A stretch of 64,000 nt of DNA, from assembly GCA_041441465.1 (NCBI GenBank), contig JASDSY010000029.1, positions 72,197 through 136,196 on the forward strand. The letters run 5' to 3'. Positions 8,273 to 17,544 of this stretch are shown here, in pieces. Made by a program: the position numbers and the translations under genes. The stretch is from Candidatus Wallbacteria bacterium. GTDB lineage: Bacteria > Muiribacteriota > UBA9980. The notes beneath the pieces were generated by a model. That model was not told where the DNA came from, did not search any database, and was given only the letters and a program-made list of their open reading frames with translations. The stretch's first letter is position 1, and every line of letters begins with the position of its first letter.

Positions 8273-11200
8273 ATGAATAATCAGAAAAATCAAGTTTATT
8301 ACGAAATTTCACATGCTGAAAAAAGAATGTTCTATCTTCAAAAATTTTATAAAGATACGACGATGTGTAATATTCCGCATACCGTATTATTTGACAAACC
8401 TGTTGATTTTCCCTTGCTGAACAGAGCAATAAATATTTTTATAAAAAATAACCAGAACTTAAGAATACGCTTTTGCGAAATAAATGACGAGCCTAAACAG
8501 TATTTTTCTGATTTTTCTGAGACTAATTTTGAGATAATTAATTTTTCCGCTGCCGAGGCCATGGAAAAATGGGCCGCCGCGAAATCACTTGAAACATTTG
8601 GCGATTTATACGAAAAAGATTTGTATAAAATCGTTTTAATAAACTTAGGTGATAAACGCGGCGGTTTTTTTGTTAATTTCCACCATATAATTTTCGACGG
8701 TATGTCTTTCGCCTTCTTTACCGATAAAATTTATGAATATTACGGCAAATTGTTAAACAATGAAAATATACCTGAAGAAAAATTCACTTTATATTCAGAG
8801 TATTTAAAAGATGAAAATGCTTATCTTAATTCGAAATCGGCTCAGGACGATTTGAAATATTGGAAAAATATTTTCAGCACTGATGTCGAACAGCTGGAAC
8901 TGAAGCCCGGCGCTGATAATACGTCAATCGACATTAAAAGGAATTATCATCGCGTATCAAATGAATTGAATGATAAAATTTATAAGTATTGCTCGAAAAA
9001 TAACATTTCCGTTTATAAACTTTTTATGGCATGCCTTTATACCTACTACAATAGACTTACTCAAAAAGAAGACCTTGTTATTTCAACTACTCACCATAAC
9101 CGCTCTGAAGGTTTCAAAAAAACAACCGGAATGTTTATAAGCACATTGCCGCTTCGTTTGAAATTTTCGCCTGATATTACATTCAAAGAATTATTAACCC
9201 TTTATTTAAATGAATTTGACGAAATGATGAAGCATCAAAAATATCCTACTGATATGCTGATTTCTGAACTTAGAAATGAAAAGCGCGATATTGAAAATGT
9301 TTTCAATATAATGGCCGCAGCATATATCAAAAGCGATAATTCTAAAATTAACGTTAAGTCTTATGCTAATTCAAACTCCGTAAGCGCCGTGACCTATTTT
9401 ATATCCTACAATAATAAAGAAAAACTGCCTGTTGAATTAATGATCGATTACAAAACTTCAATTTACAATGAAAATGAAGCAAGCCTCATGGCCGGCCATA
9501 TTTTTAATATATTAAACGCGGTTACCGGCGATGATAATATAAAAATAAATAAAATAGACTTTTTAACCGATTCTGAAAAACGCCGTCTTATAAATGAATT
9601 CAATGATACGGCGGCATATTATCCCGCGGACAAAACCTTTATCGATATATTCGACGAACAGGTAATCAAAACGCCGAATAAAAAAGCCGTTGTTTACCTC
9701 GATAAATCATATACTTACCTCGAACTATATAACCGCGCTGAAAAACTTGCGCATAAGCTTCGGGGATTGGGCATAAAACGCGATGATATAGTTTCTATAT
9801 TCGTCGACCGTTCGCTCGAGATGTTCGTCGCGGCCGTCGGCGTTTTAAAAGCGGGCGGAGCTTTTATGCCGATAGATACGAAATACCCTGCAGATAGAAT
9901 AGAATTTATGCTCGCTGACAGCCAATCGCGAGTATTTTTGACGCAGAAACACCTTATCGAAAAAGCCAAGTTCGACGGCACGATAATTGACCTAGACGAC
10001 CAGTCGCTTTATTCGGCAGACTGCCCTAAAGTCAATAATGTCAATAAGCCCCAGGATCTTGCATATATAATTTATACATCGGGTTCGACCGGCAAGCCTA
10101 AGGGAACGATGATCGAACACGGTTCCCTGTTGAATTTTTCGTTCTGGTCCAAAAATTTTCATAATCTTACCGAAAATGACAATACTGCAAAACATGCGTC
10201 ATTCGGATTCGACGCTTCGATAGTCGAAGTTTTTCCGCCGCTTATCGCCGGCTGTGAAATTCATATCATCAGCGAAGATATTAAATTATCGCTTGTCGAA
10301 TTGAATGAGTATTTCGAAAAAAATAAAATCAGATACGCGTTTTTAACCACGCAGCTTGCCGAGCAATTTATGGAAAACATAGACAACAAATCATTAAGAT
10401 GGCTTGATACAGGCGGTGAAAAGTTAAGGACATTTAAGAAACGCGATTACCAGCTCGTGAATGTTTACGGCCCGACCGAGTGTACCGTATATACGACGGC
10501 ATTTCAGGTAAACAAAAATTATGAGAATATTCCTATAGGAAAACCTTTGAGCAACGCTAAAATATTCATAACCGACCGGTTCGGCAATTTGATGCCCGAA
10601 GGTTATTGCGGCGAATTATGTGTCGCCGGCGTCTGCCTGTCGCGCGGCTATTTAAACAGGCCTGAAACTACCGCCGAGAAATTTATTGAATGCCCGTTCA
10701 GTCCAAAAGAACGCATGTATAAAACCGGAGATTTGGTAAGATGGCTTCCGAACGGCGATATCGAATATATCGGCCGCATAGATAATCAGGTGAAATTACG
10801 CGGATTCAGGATAGAACTCGGCGAAATAGAACAGGAAATAATGAAGATTGACGGCATTAAAACATCGGCGGTTACCGTTATATCCGAGGGCGACAACAAG
10901 CTCTTATGCGCGTATATAGTTTCGGAAAGTAAAATAAGCGACGACGTCATAAAAAATACTCTGACTGCGACGCTTCCTGAATTCATGATCCCGAGCTATA
11001 TAGTAAGGCTTGAAACTATGCCGGTTAACGCGAGCGGCAAAATCGACAGGAAAGCGCTTCCTGCGCCTAATATTAAAATCGAAACGCAGAGCGCCTATGT
11101 CGCTGCGGAAGGCGAAATTGAGACAAGGCTTTTAAAAATGTGGAAGGAAACCCTCGGCATTGAAAATTTCGGTGTTTGCGACAATTTCTTTAAAATCGGC

Positions 11201-14200
11201 GGACACTCGCTTAAAGCAGTCATGCTGCAGGCTAAAATCGAGCGTGACTTTGGGGTAAGGGTGCCGGTAAGGAAAATATTCGAAGCGGCCACGATAAGAC
11301 TGCAGGCTGAATTGATAAAAGCTGAAAAATCCGGGACATCGAATATTGATCTTGAAAGACTTGCCGCCGAACAGTCATCAGGCAAAAAAGTTATTGAACG
11401 CGGCATGGCTTCTGTTTATATAGAGCCGGCCACGAACACTGAAAAAGCGCTTATTAAAATATGGGAAGAACTCTTAAATGTAGACGGCGTCGGAACAGGC
11501 GATAACTTCTTTTCGATAGGCGGGCATTCAATAAAAGCCGTTACAATGCAATATAAAATCGAGAAGGAGTTTAAAGCCAGAATCCCTGTTAAAGATATTT
11601 TCAAAGCGCCTACAATAAGAGAGCTCGCGGTGTTAATAGACGGCGCCGAAAAAGTTAGCGCGATTGAAACAAGCGTATCTTTGGGCGATAAAAATTATTA
11701 TCCGTCTTCCTCTGTACAGAAGCGACTGTTTATGATTGAACAGAAAGACGGTTCATCGACGACATATAATATTCCTATGGCAATGAGAATAAAGGGCAGG
11801 CTTGACGACTCCAGGTTGAGCGACTCCATCGAAAAGATGATAGAGCGTCATGAAGCGCTGCGTACGTCATTCGCGATGATCGACGGCGAGCCCATGATAA
11901 AAATAAATAAGGACGTCAAACTGAAGAAAATATATCAAAAGGCTGAAGAAAGCGAACTGGGCGATATAATGAAGGATTTCCTCAAGCCGTTCGACCTGAC
12001 TAAAGCGCCTTTATTTAGAATCAAACTCGTTAAAATTTCCGATGAAAATCACGTGCTTTTGATAGACGTTCACCATATAATATTCGACGGAATGTCTCTT
12101 GAGATATTCATGAAGGAACTTTTTGAAATATATTCGGGCCAGACGCTTCCGGCGCTCGAGTATCAATATAAAGATTTTGTGGCGTGGCAGCAGAAATATC
12201 TTAAATCAAACAAGATGATCGAGCAGGAAAAAGCATGGCTCGAGATGTTAAGCGGCGAGCTTCCTGTTTTGAATATGCCGACTGATCATGCGAGAACGGC
12301 CGAACCAGGCCTTGCCGGCGCGCAGTATGATTTCTTTATCGAGCACGAACTTTCGTCGAAACTTAAAAATTACGCTAATAAGACGCAATCTACTCTTTAT
12401 ATGGTGTTTTTGAGCGCGTTGAATATAATGCTTTCGAAATATTGTTCGCAGGAAGATATAATAGTCGGCAGCCCTCTTCTAGGCCGGCCTACCATAGAGT
12501 CGCAGCAGATGCTCGGCATGTTTGTAAACACAATGCCGGTGCGTAATTATCCTAAACCGGACAAGAAAGCGAACGAGTTCATCGACGAAGTAAAACGCAA
12601 CTTTTTTAACGTTATCGATAATCAGGATTATCAGCTTGACACGCTTATAGAAAAACTGAATATTAAGCGTGAATCGTCGCGTAATCCGTTATTTGACGTT
12701 ATATTCGTATTCCAGACTTCGCAGGGCATCAAAGATACGCGTTACGGCGATATTATGGTAAGCCCCGGCACTATCGAAACGGGAACGGCCAAATTCGACC
12801 TTTCGCTGCAGGCTTATGAAGCCGGCGATTATATTAAGTGCATGCTCGAATACCGCTGCAGCCTTTTCGAGCCGGACACAATCAAGCGTATGTCGATGCA
12901 CCTTTCAAATATTCTCGAGCAGATAGCGGATAATCCCGAAATTGCATTGAAAGATATAGAATTGATAACCGATTCCGAAAAGAAGACGGTTTTATATGAA
13001 TTTAACATGAACGATATGGATTATCCGAAAGATAAGACTGTCCATGAGCTTTTCGAAGTTAATGCCGAATTATATCCGGACAGGGGCGCGGTCGTTTATA
13101 AGGATAAGAAATATACATATCGTGAATTGAATGAACGCGCCAACATGCTGGCCCGCTGCCTTATTAAAAACGGCGTGAAGCCGCGCGGGTTCGTTGCGCT
13201 TATAAGCGAAAAATCAGCCGAAGTAGCCCTTTGCGCTCTCGCGATTCAAAAAGCCGGTGCGTGCTATGTGCCTATCGATCCGTCATATCCGCAGGATAGG
13301 ATCGAATATATGCTCGGCGATACCGCTTCTAATGTAGTGCTGTGCCAGAAGGAATTAATTGATAAAGTGCCTTTTAACGGCGTTAAAATCAATATTGACG
13401 ATGAGTCCATTTATTCAGGCGCTTCTGATGAACGGAAAAATCTTGACATTAAAGTCAACCCGGAGGATTTATCATATCTTATATATACTTCGGGCTCTAC
13501 CGGAAAGCCTAAAGGCGTTATGATAGAGCATCGTTCGATTATAAACCTTTGCTGGTGGGAAATAAATAAATATAAGCTTACACATGAGGATAAAATAACA
13601 CAATATGTTTCAATATGCTTCGATCCGTCGGTAGGCTGCGAGATGTTTTTGAGCCTGCTTGCCGGCGCCGAGCTGCATGTTGTCGCCCCTGAATTGAGAA
13701 TGGACCCTGTTAAACTCAATGAATATATGGAAAAAAATAAGGTGACATTCTCTATTTTACCTACGCAATTTTATGAACAATTCAGCGAATTGACTGATAA
13801 TAAATCGCTTCGTTATTTGATGGTTGGCGGCGAAAAGCTTAAAGCGTATAAAAAAGCTAATTATAAACTTATCAACGCTTACGGTCCGACTGAATATACC
13901 GTCGTTACAACGGCTTTCAATGTCGAAAAGGACTATGAAAATATTCCGATAGGTTCCGGCGTCGCAAATTCAAGGCTTTATGTTCTTGATAAATATAATA
14001 AACTTATGCCGGTCGGTGTTTACGGCGAATTGTGCATAAGCGGCGACGGCCTTGCGCGCGGCTACCTTAACAGGCCTGAACTTAATTCCGAAAAATTTCC
14101 GGCTGACCCGTTTTTAGAAGGCAAGAAAATGTATAGAACCGGCGATCTTGTAAGATGGCTTCCTGACGGGAATATTGAATTTAACGGGCGAATAGATTTC

Positions 14201-16429
14201 CAGGTTAAAATAAGGGGATTCAGGATAGAAATCGGCGAAATCGAGGCTCAGATGCAAAAACACGAGCAAATCGAGGCTGTGCTCGTGCTCGCCAAGGAAG
14301 ATGAATCCAAAAATAAATATTTGTGCGCGTTCTATTCGTCGAATGAAGAAATACCTAATTCGGATTTAAAGGCGTTTCTTGCTAAATCGCTCGCTAATTA
14401 TATGATTCCGTCATTTTTTGTGTGGGTAAAGGATATGCCGATCAATTCCAGCGGCAAAATCGACCGCAAGACTCTCGAAAAACTTGAAATTAAAAAGCCG
14501 GTTGAAGTTAAAGTCGATCCGCAGAATGAAAAGGAAGAAAAAATCGCCAGGGTCTGGCGCGAGGTATTAAATATTCAAAAGATCGGCATTAATGAAAATT
14601 TCTTTGAAATAGGCGGCCACTCTTTGAAAGCGGTTGCTGCGGTCGCTAAAATGCAAAATGATTTTGACGTTACGATTAACGATATTTTCAAATACCAGAC
14701 AATATTTGCGCTTGCCGCTAATTTAAAGGATAAGAAAGGTAGTCTTTCAGGAAAACTTGCTGAGATCAAGGCTAAGTCGGCGGAAATATCCAAAAAATCC
14801 GCTGAATTTATGGAATCAAAATGGTATCTTGATTTTGTTAAACAATATCAGGAAAAAAATAAGAAATACGAAAAAATTGATATCCATAAAAGAAAAAACT
14901 ATAAAGCTGTTTTATTGACAGGTGCTACAGGCTACCTTGGCGTATATTTGCTGCACGATTTGCTGAAATATTATAAATGCGATATTTATGTTCCGGTAAG
15001 AGGCAAGACCGACGGCGACTCTTTGAGAAGGCTTAACGAAAAATACCGTTACTATTTTAATTCGGAATTGACCGCCGCGCAGCTTGAACGGGTTAAGGTA
15101 ATATGCTGTTCGGAACTGCAGGATGAAAACCTCGGAATAGATAAAGCAATTTATGATAAATTAGTGGATACCGTCGACTGCGTAATTAATCCGGCCGCAA
15201 ACGTTAAACATTACGGCCGCTATGAGGAATTTTACGCGCCGAATGTCGGGGCTGTGGCAAATCTTGTTAAATTCGCGGCGTCAGGCATCAAAAAAGACCT
15301 GCATCATGTATCGACTGCTTCTGTGGCCAGCGGTTATATCGAAGGTACGGATTTTTCCGCGTTCTGCGAAGATACCTGCAATGTCGGCCAGAAATCTGAC
15401 AACCTTTATATAATTACGAAATTAATGGCCGAGGAGCTGGTCATTAAAGCGCGCGCCGAATTTGGCATTAACACGAACATATACAGGGTCGGCAATATCT
15501 CGTTTAATTCTGAAACAGGGCATTTGCAACAAAATGTCGAGGAAAACGCCTTCAGCACCATGGTCAAGTCGTTCGTCAACCTGGGCGTTGTACCGCAATC
15601 AGATGACATGGCCGAACTTTCGTTCGTAGATAAGACGAGCGCCGCAATTTTAGTTTTATTCGATAAGGCGAACCTTTTGAACGAGACTTATCACATTCAT
15701 AATTCAAAGCCTGTTAAGCTTTCCGATATATTGACTTCAAAAAAACTGGGCCTGTCCGTCGAAGCCGTCCCGTTGGAAACATTTATCGACAGACTTGGCG
15801 AGCTCGATAAAAAAGAATGCTTCAGGCAGCATGTTCAGAATTTCATGCTTCACCGCGGCTGGCTTTCGGAGTCTGGGCCTGAAACGCAGTTCGCTCTGCA
15901 TTCCGAACGTACGTTCATGCTCTTAAAAATGCTCGGCTTCGAGTGGCCTGAGCTTGACGAGATGAAACTTATCCAATTAATAACAATGTCGCTTAAGGAC
16001 AGAATAAAATTCATAATGGATTCGGAATTATTCAATAACATTCCATACACCGTACAGCGTGAGCTGGCATTCATTTCAAGGGAATTGGCGGTCGACGAAA
16101 ACGATACGCTGATATGGGAAGATAATGAATGCGAGAATATGTATATGATTGTCGACGGCGTCGCTGAAATCCAGAAAAGTTCAAAAAGCGGATGGGTTGG
16201 CACTATTATGGTCGCATCTGCCGGCGATGTCATCGGACTTGAAGCGCTGCTTGATAAAAAATCAGGAACGACGGCGGAAGCTATTATGGGCGATTTGACA
16301 ATACTAGCTTTTGATAAGAAAAAAATTAACTCGATATTAAAAACGGCGCCTGAACTTTGCTACAACCTGTTTAAGTTCGCTAACGCGCAGAGCGGAAGAA
16401 TGGCGGGAATGATCGCGAACTTCGCTTAA
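8273..16429 (+). CDS. Bimodular nonribosomal peptide synthetase: C-A-T-T / C-A-T-R plus a C-terminal cNMP-binding-like domain
   Basis: 2718 aa. C1 HHIIFDG at nt 8681-8700. A1 core LAYIIYTSGSTGKPKG at nt 10058-10105. PCP1 FFKIGGHSLKA at nt 11186 and PCP2 FFSIGGHSIKA at nt 11507. C2 HHIIFDG at nt 12071. A2 LSYLIYTSGSTGKPKG at nt 13469. PCP3 FFEIGGHSLKA at nt 14600. Thioester-reductase Rossmann motif LLTGATGYLGVYLL at ~nt 14911. Crp-like beta-roll (YMIVDGVAEI...AGDVIGLEALL) at ~nt 16040-16400. SD-like ggtggag lies upstream of the ATG. Confidence 0.95.
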   Translation: MNNQKNQVYYEISHAEKRMFYLQKFYKDTTMCNIPHTVLFDKPVDFPLLNRAINIFIKNNQNLRIRFCEINDEPKQYFSDFSETNFEIINFSAAEAMEKWAAAKSLETFGDLYEKDLYKIVLINLGDKRGGFFVNFHHIIFDGMSFAFFTDKIYEYYGKLLNNENIPEEKFTLYSEYLKDENAYLNSKSAQDDLKYWKNIFSTDVEQLELKPGADNTSIDIKRNYHRVSNELNDKIYKYCSKNNISVYKLFMACLYTYYNRLTQKEDLVISTTHHNRSEGFKKTTGMFISTLPLRLKFSPDITFKELLTLYLNEFDEMMKHQKYPTDMLISELRNEKRDIENVFNIMAAAYIKSDNSKINVKSYANSNSVSAVTYFISYNNKEKLPVELMIDYKTSIYNENEASLMAGHIFNILNAVTGDDNIKINKIDFLTDSEKRRLINEFNDTAAYYPADKTFIDIFDEQVIKTPNKKAVVYLDKSYTYLELYNRAEKLAHKLRGLGIKRDDIVSIFVDRSLEMFVAAVGVLKAGGAFMPIDTKYPADRIEFMLADSQSRVFLTQKHLIEKAKFDGTIIDLDDQSLYSADCPKVNNVNKPQDLAYIIYTSGSTGKPKGTMIEHGSLLNFSFWSKNFHNLTENDNTAKHASFGFDASIVEVFPPLIAGCEIHIISEDIKLSLVELNEYFEKNKIRYAFLTTQLAEQFMENIDNKSLRWLDTGGEKLRTFKKRDYQLVNVYGPTECTVYTTAFQVNKNYENIPIGKPLSNAKIFITDRFGNLMPEGYCGELCVAGVCLSRGYLNRPETTAEKFIECPFSPKERMYKTGDLVRWLPNGDIEYIGRIDNQVKLRGFRIELGEIEQEIMKIDGIKTSAVTVISEGDNKLLCAYIVSESKISDDVIKNTLTATLPEFMIPSYIVRLETMPVNASGKIDRKALPAPNIKIETQSAYVAAEGEIETRLLKMWKETLGIENFGVCDNFFKIGGHSLKAVMLQAKIERDFGVRVPVRKIFEAATIRLQAELIKAEKSGTSNIDLERLAAEQSSGKKVIERGMASVYIEPATNTEKALIKIWEELLNVDGVGTGDNFFSIGGHSIKAVTMQYKIEKEFKARIPVKDIFKAPTIRELAVLIDGAEKVSAIETSVSLGDKNYYPSSSVQKRLFMIEQKDGSSTTYNIPMAMRIKGRLDDSRLSDSIEKMIERHEALRTSFAMIDGEPMIKINKDVKLKKIYQKAEESELGDIMKDFLKPFDLTKAPLFRIKLVKISDENHVLLIDVHHIIFDGMSLEIFMKELFEIYSGQTLPALEYQYKDFVAWQQKYLKSNKMIEQEKAWLEMLSGELPVLNMPTDHARTAEPGLAGAQYDFFIEHELSSKLKNYANKTQSTLYMVFLSALNIMLSKYCSQEDIIVGSPLLGRPTIESQQMLGMFVNTMPVRNYPKPDKKANEFIDEVKRNFFNVIDNQDYQLDTLIEKLNIKRESSRNPLFDVIFVFQTSQGIKDTRYGDIMVSPGTIETGTAKFDLSLQAYEAGDYIKCMLEYRCSLFEPDTIKRMSMHLSNILEQIADNPEIALKDIELITDSEKKTVLYEFNMNDMDYPKDKTVHELFEVNAELYPDRGAVVYKDKKYTYRELNERANMLARCLIKNGVKPRGFVALISEKSAEVALCALAIQKAGACYVPIDPSYPQDRIEYMLGDTASNVVLCQKELIDKVPFNGVKINIDDESIYSGASDERKNLDIKVNPEDLSYLIYTSGSTGKPKGVMIEHRSIINLCWWEINKYKLTHEDKITQYVSICFDPSVGCEMFLSLLAGAELHVVAPELRMDPVKLNEYMEKNKVTFSILPTQFYEQFSELTDNKSLRYLMVGGEKLKAYKKANYKLINAYGPTEYTVVTTAFNVEKDYENIPIGSGVANSRLYVLDKYNKLMPVGVYGELCISGDGLARGYLNRPELNSEKFPADPFLEGKKMYRTGDLVRWLPDGNIEFNGRIDFQVKIRGFRIEIGEIEAQMQKHEQIEAVLVLAKEDESKNKYLCAFYSSNEEIPNSDLKAFLAKSLANYMIPSFFVWVKDMPINSSGKIDRKTLEKLEIKKPVEVKVDPQNEKEEKIARVWREVLNIQKIGINENFFEIGGHSLKAVAAVAKMQNDFDVTINDIFKYQTIFALAANLKDKKGSLSGKLAEIKAKSAEISKKSAEFMESKWYLDFVKQYQEKNKKYEKIDIHKRKNYKAVLLTGATGYLGVYLLHDLLKYYKCDIYVPVRGKTDGDSLRRLNEKYRYYFNSELTAAQLERVKVICCSELQDENLGIDKAIYDKLVDTVDCVINPAANVKHYGRYEEFYAPNVGAVANLVKFAASGIKKDLHHVSTASVASGYIEGTDFSAFCEDTCNVGQKSDNLYIITKLMAEELVIKARAEFGINTNIYRVGNISFNSETGHLQQNVEENAFSTMVKSFVNLGVVPQSDDMAELSFVDKTSAAILVLFDKANLLNETYHIHNSKPVKLSDILTSKKLGLSVEAVPLETFIDRLGELDKKECFRQHVQNFMLHRGWLSESGPETQFALHSERTFMLLKMLGFEWPELDEMKLIQLITMSLKDRIKFIMDSELFNNIPYTVQRELAFISRELAVDENDTLIWEDNECENMYMIVDGVAEIQKSSKSGWVGTIMVASAGDVIGLEALLDKKSGTTAEAIMGDLTILAFDKKKINSILKTAPELCYNLFKFANAQSGRMAGMIANFA

Positions 16430-16464
16430 ATAATTTCGGGTGCGATCGAATAATCGAATGATAT

Positions 16465-16510
16465 AAAACGGCTGGAATTTTATAATTAATAGGATTCCAG
16501 CCGTTTTTAC
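16465..16510 (+). terminator. Rho-independent terminator after the NRPS gene
   Basis: cggctggaat...attccagccg hairpin followed by tttttac. Confidence 0.6.
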
Positions 16511-16751
16511 TTTTAATATCAATAACTTAATTTCACACCTTAAAAGTGTATGTGAGTAATGATTTTAAAAATTAATAAAATTTAGTTTTTAGCATTTGAC
16601 TTCAAAATCAATCGTAAATATGCTGGTTAAAAAATATAGATTGATGTAATAATAATAATAATGGTTTCGCTATGCCAAACTTAAGTCGATAAGTTGAACT
16701 AATTATTGCATATTTCGAAAAATTGATTATTATCTTATATACATGTTCATA

Positions 16752-17462
16752 TTATAAAAATTGCAGCTTTTCTAAATCTATATAATTGATTTCGTATGAT
16801 ATATTTTGATTGCCGCAGGCGCAAAGCGCCGCTTTATAGCCTTTAAAATCGTTTATTCGCTTGAAATTGCAGTTGGTATTAAAACCCATTTGGCACGAAA
16901 CTTTTATGCTGTCATCGTTAAAGTCTAAGACAAATTTTGTAGGTTCGAGTGATAAGCCGGTGCCAAGGTATTTTATGTAACTTTCTTTAAGTGTCCATAA
17001 TTCATAAAAGTAATCGATTTGGGAATTTTTGGGAATGCTCTTGAATCTTTCGCATTCTTCCGGTGAAAAATAACTGCCGTTCATACTTAAATCGACAGGT
17101 TCTATTTTTTCTATGTCGATGCCCACTTCACTATCATAAAAAGCTAGTAAAACAAAATCTCCGGAATGTGAAATATTAAAGTAAAAATCATTACGGCCCT
17201 TTAAATAGACTTTTCCATTGGCATTTTTTTCTAACTCAACATTAAGCGGGCCGATATTCAGATTTTTCATAAGAGAATGCTTTAATAATAATATCGCGCC
17301 AATCGAGCGCAATGAATCGGCCTCGAACCTGAATGAATTAACTTTCATTTTTTCATCGCGGTTTAAAATACCGGAATAAAGGCCGAGAAGATGGCTGATC
17401 GAATTATTTTTTATGCATGCTGCGTATATTTTGATGCCGGTCATGGTCAAAATATAACACAA
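16752..17462 (-). CDS. Sfp-type 4'-phosphopantetheinyl transferase
   Basis: Motifs GKVYLKG...FNISHSGDFVLLAF and VGIDIEKIE fit PPTase motifs (GKP / FNxSHS / GxDxE). The true start may be the internal Met at 17444. The gene sits next to the NRPS. Confidence 0.75.
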   Translation of the reverse strand: MCYILTMTGIKIYAACIKNNSISHLLGLYSGILNRDEKMKVNSFRFEADSLRSIGAILLLKHSLMKNLNIGPLNVELEKNANGKVYLKGRNDFYFNISHSGDFVLLAFYDSEVGIDIEKIEPVDLSMNGSYFSPEECERFKSIPKNSQIDYFYELWTLKESYIKYLGTGLSLEPTKFVLDFNDDSIKVSCQMGFNTNCNFKRINDFKGYKAALCACGNQNISYEINYIDLEKLQFL

Positions 17463-17544
17463 AAATTGAAAAATGTCATTAAATAATGAATAACTTCGAT
17501 AATCTATTGACTTTTTAATTAAATTTTAATAAAATAACCTCTCT

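Noticed and set aside
9715-16233. Multiple 60-130-aa minus-strand ORFs inside the NRPS gene (9715-9981, 9992-10195, 10786-10986, 11095-11406, 11416-11604, 12689-12901, 13411-13719, 14575-14793, 15406-15609, 15850-16233)
   Set aside because: All are embedded antisense in a continuous 8.2-kb coding frame with intact NRPS motifs. Their low-complexity Ser/Ile-rich compositions are typical of shadow frames.
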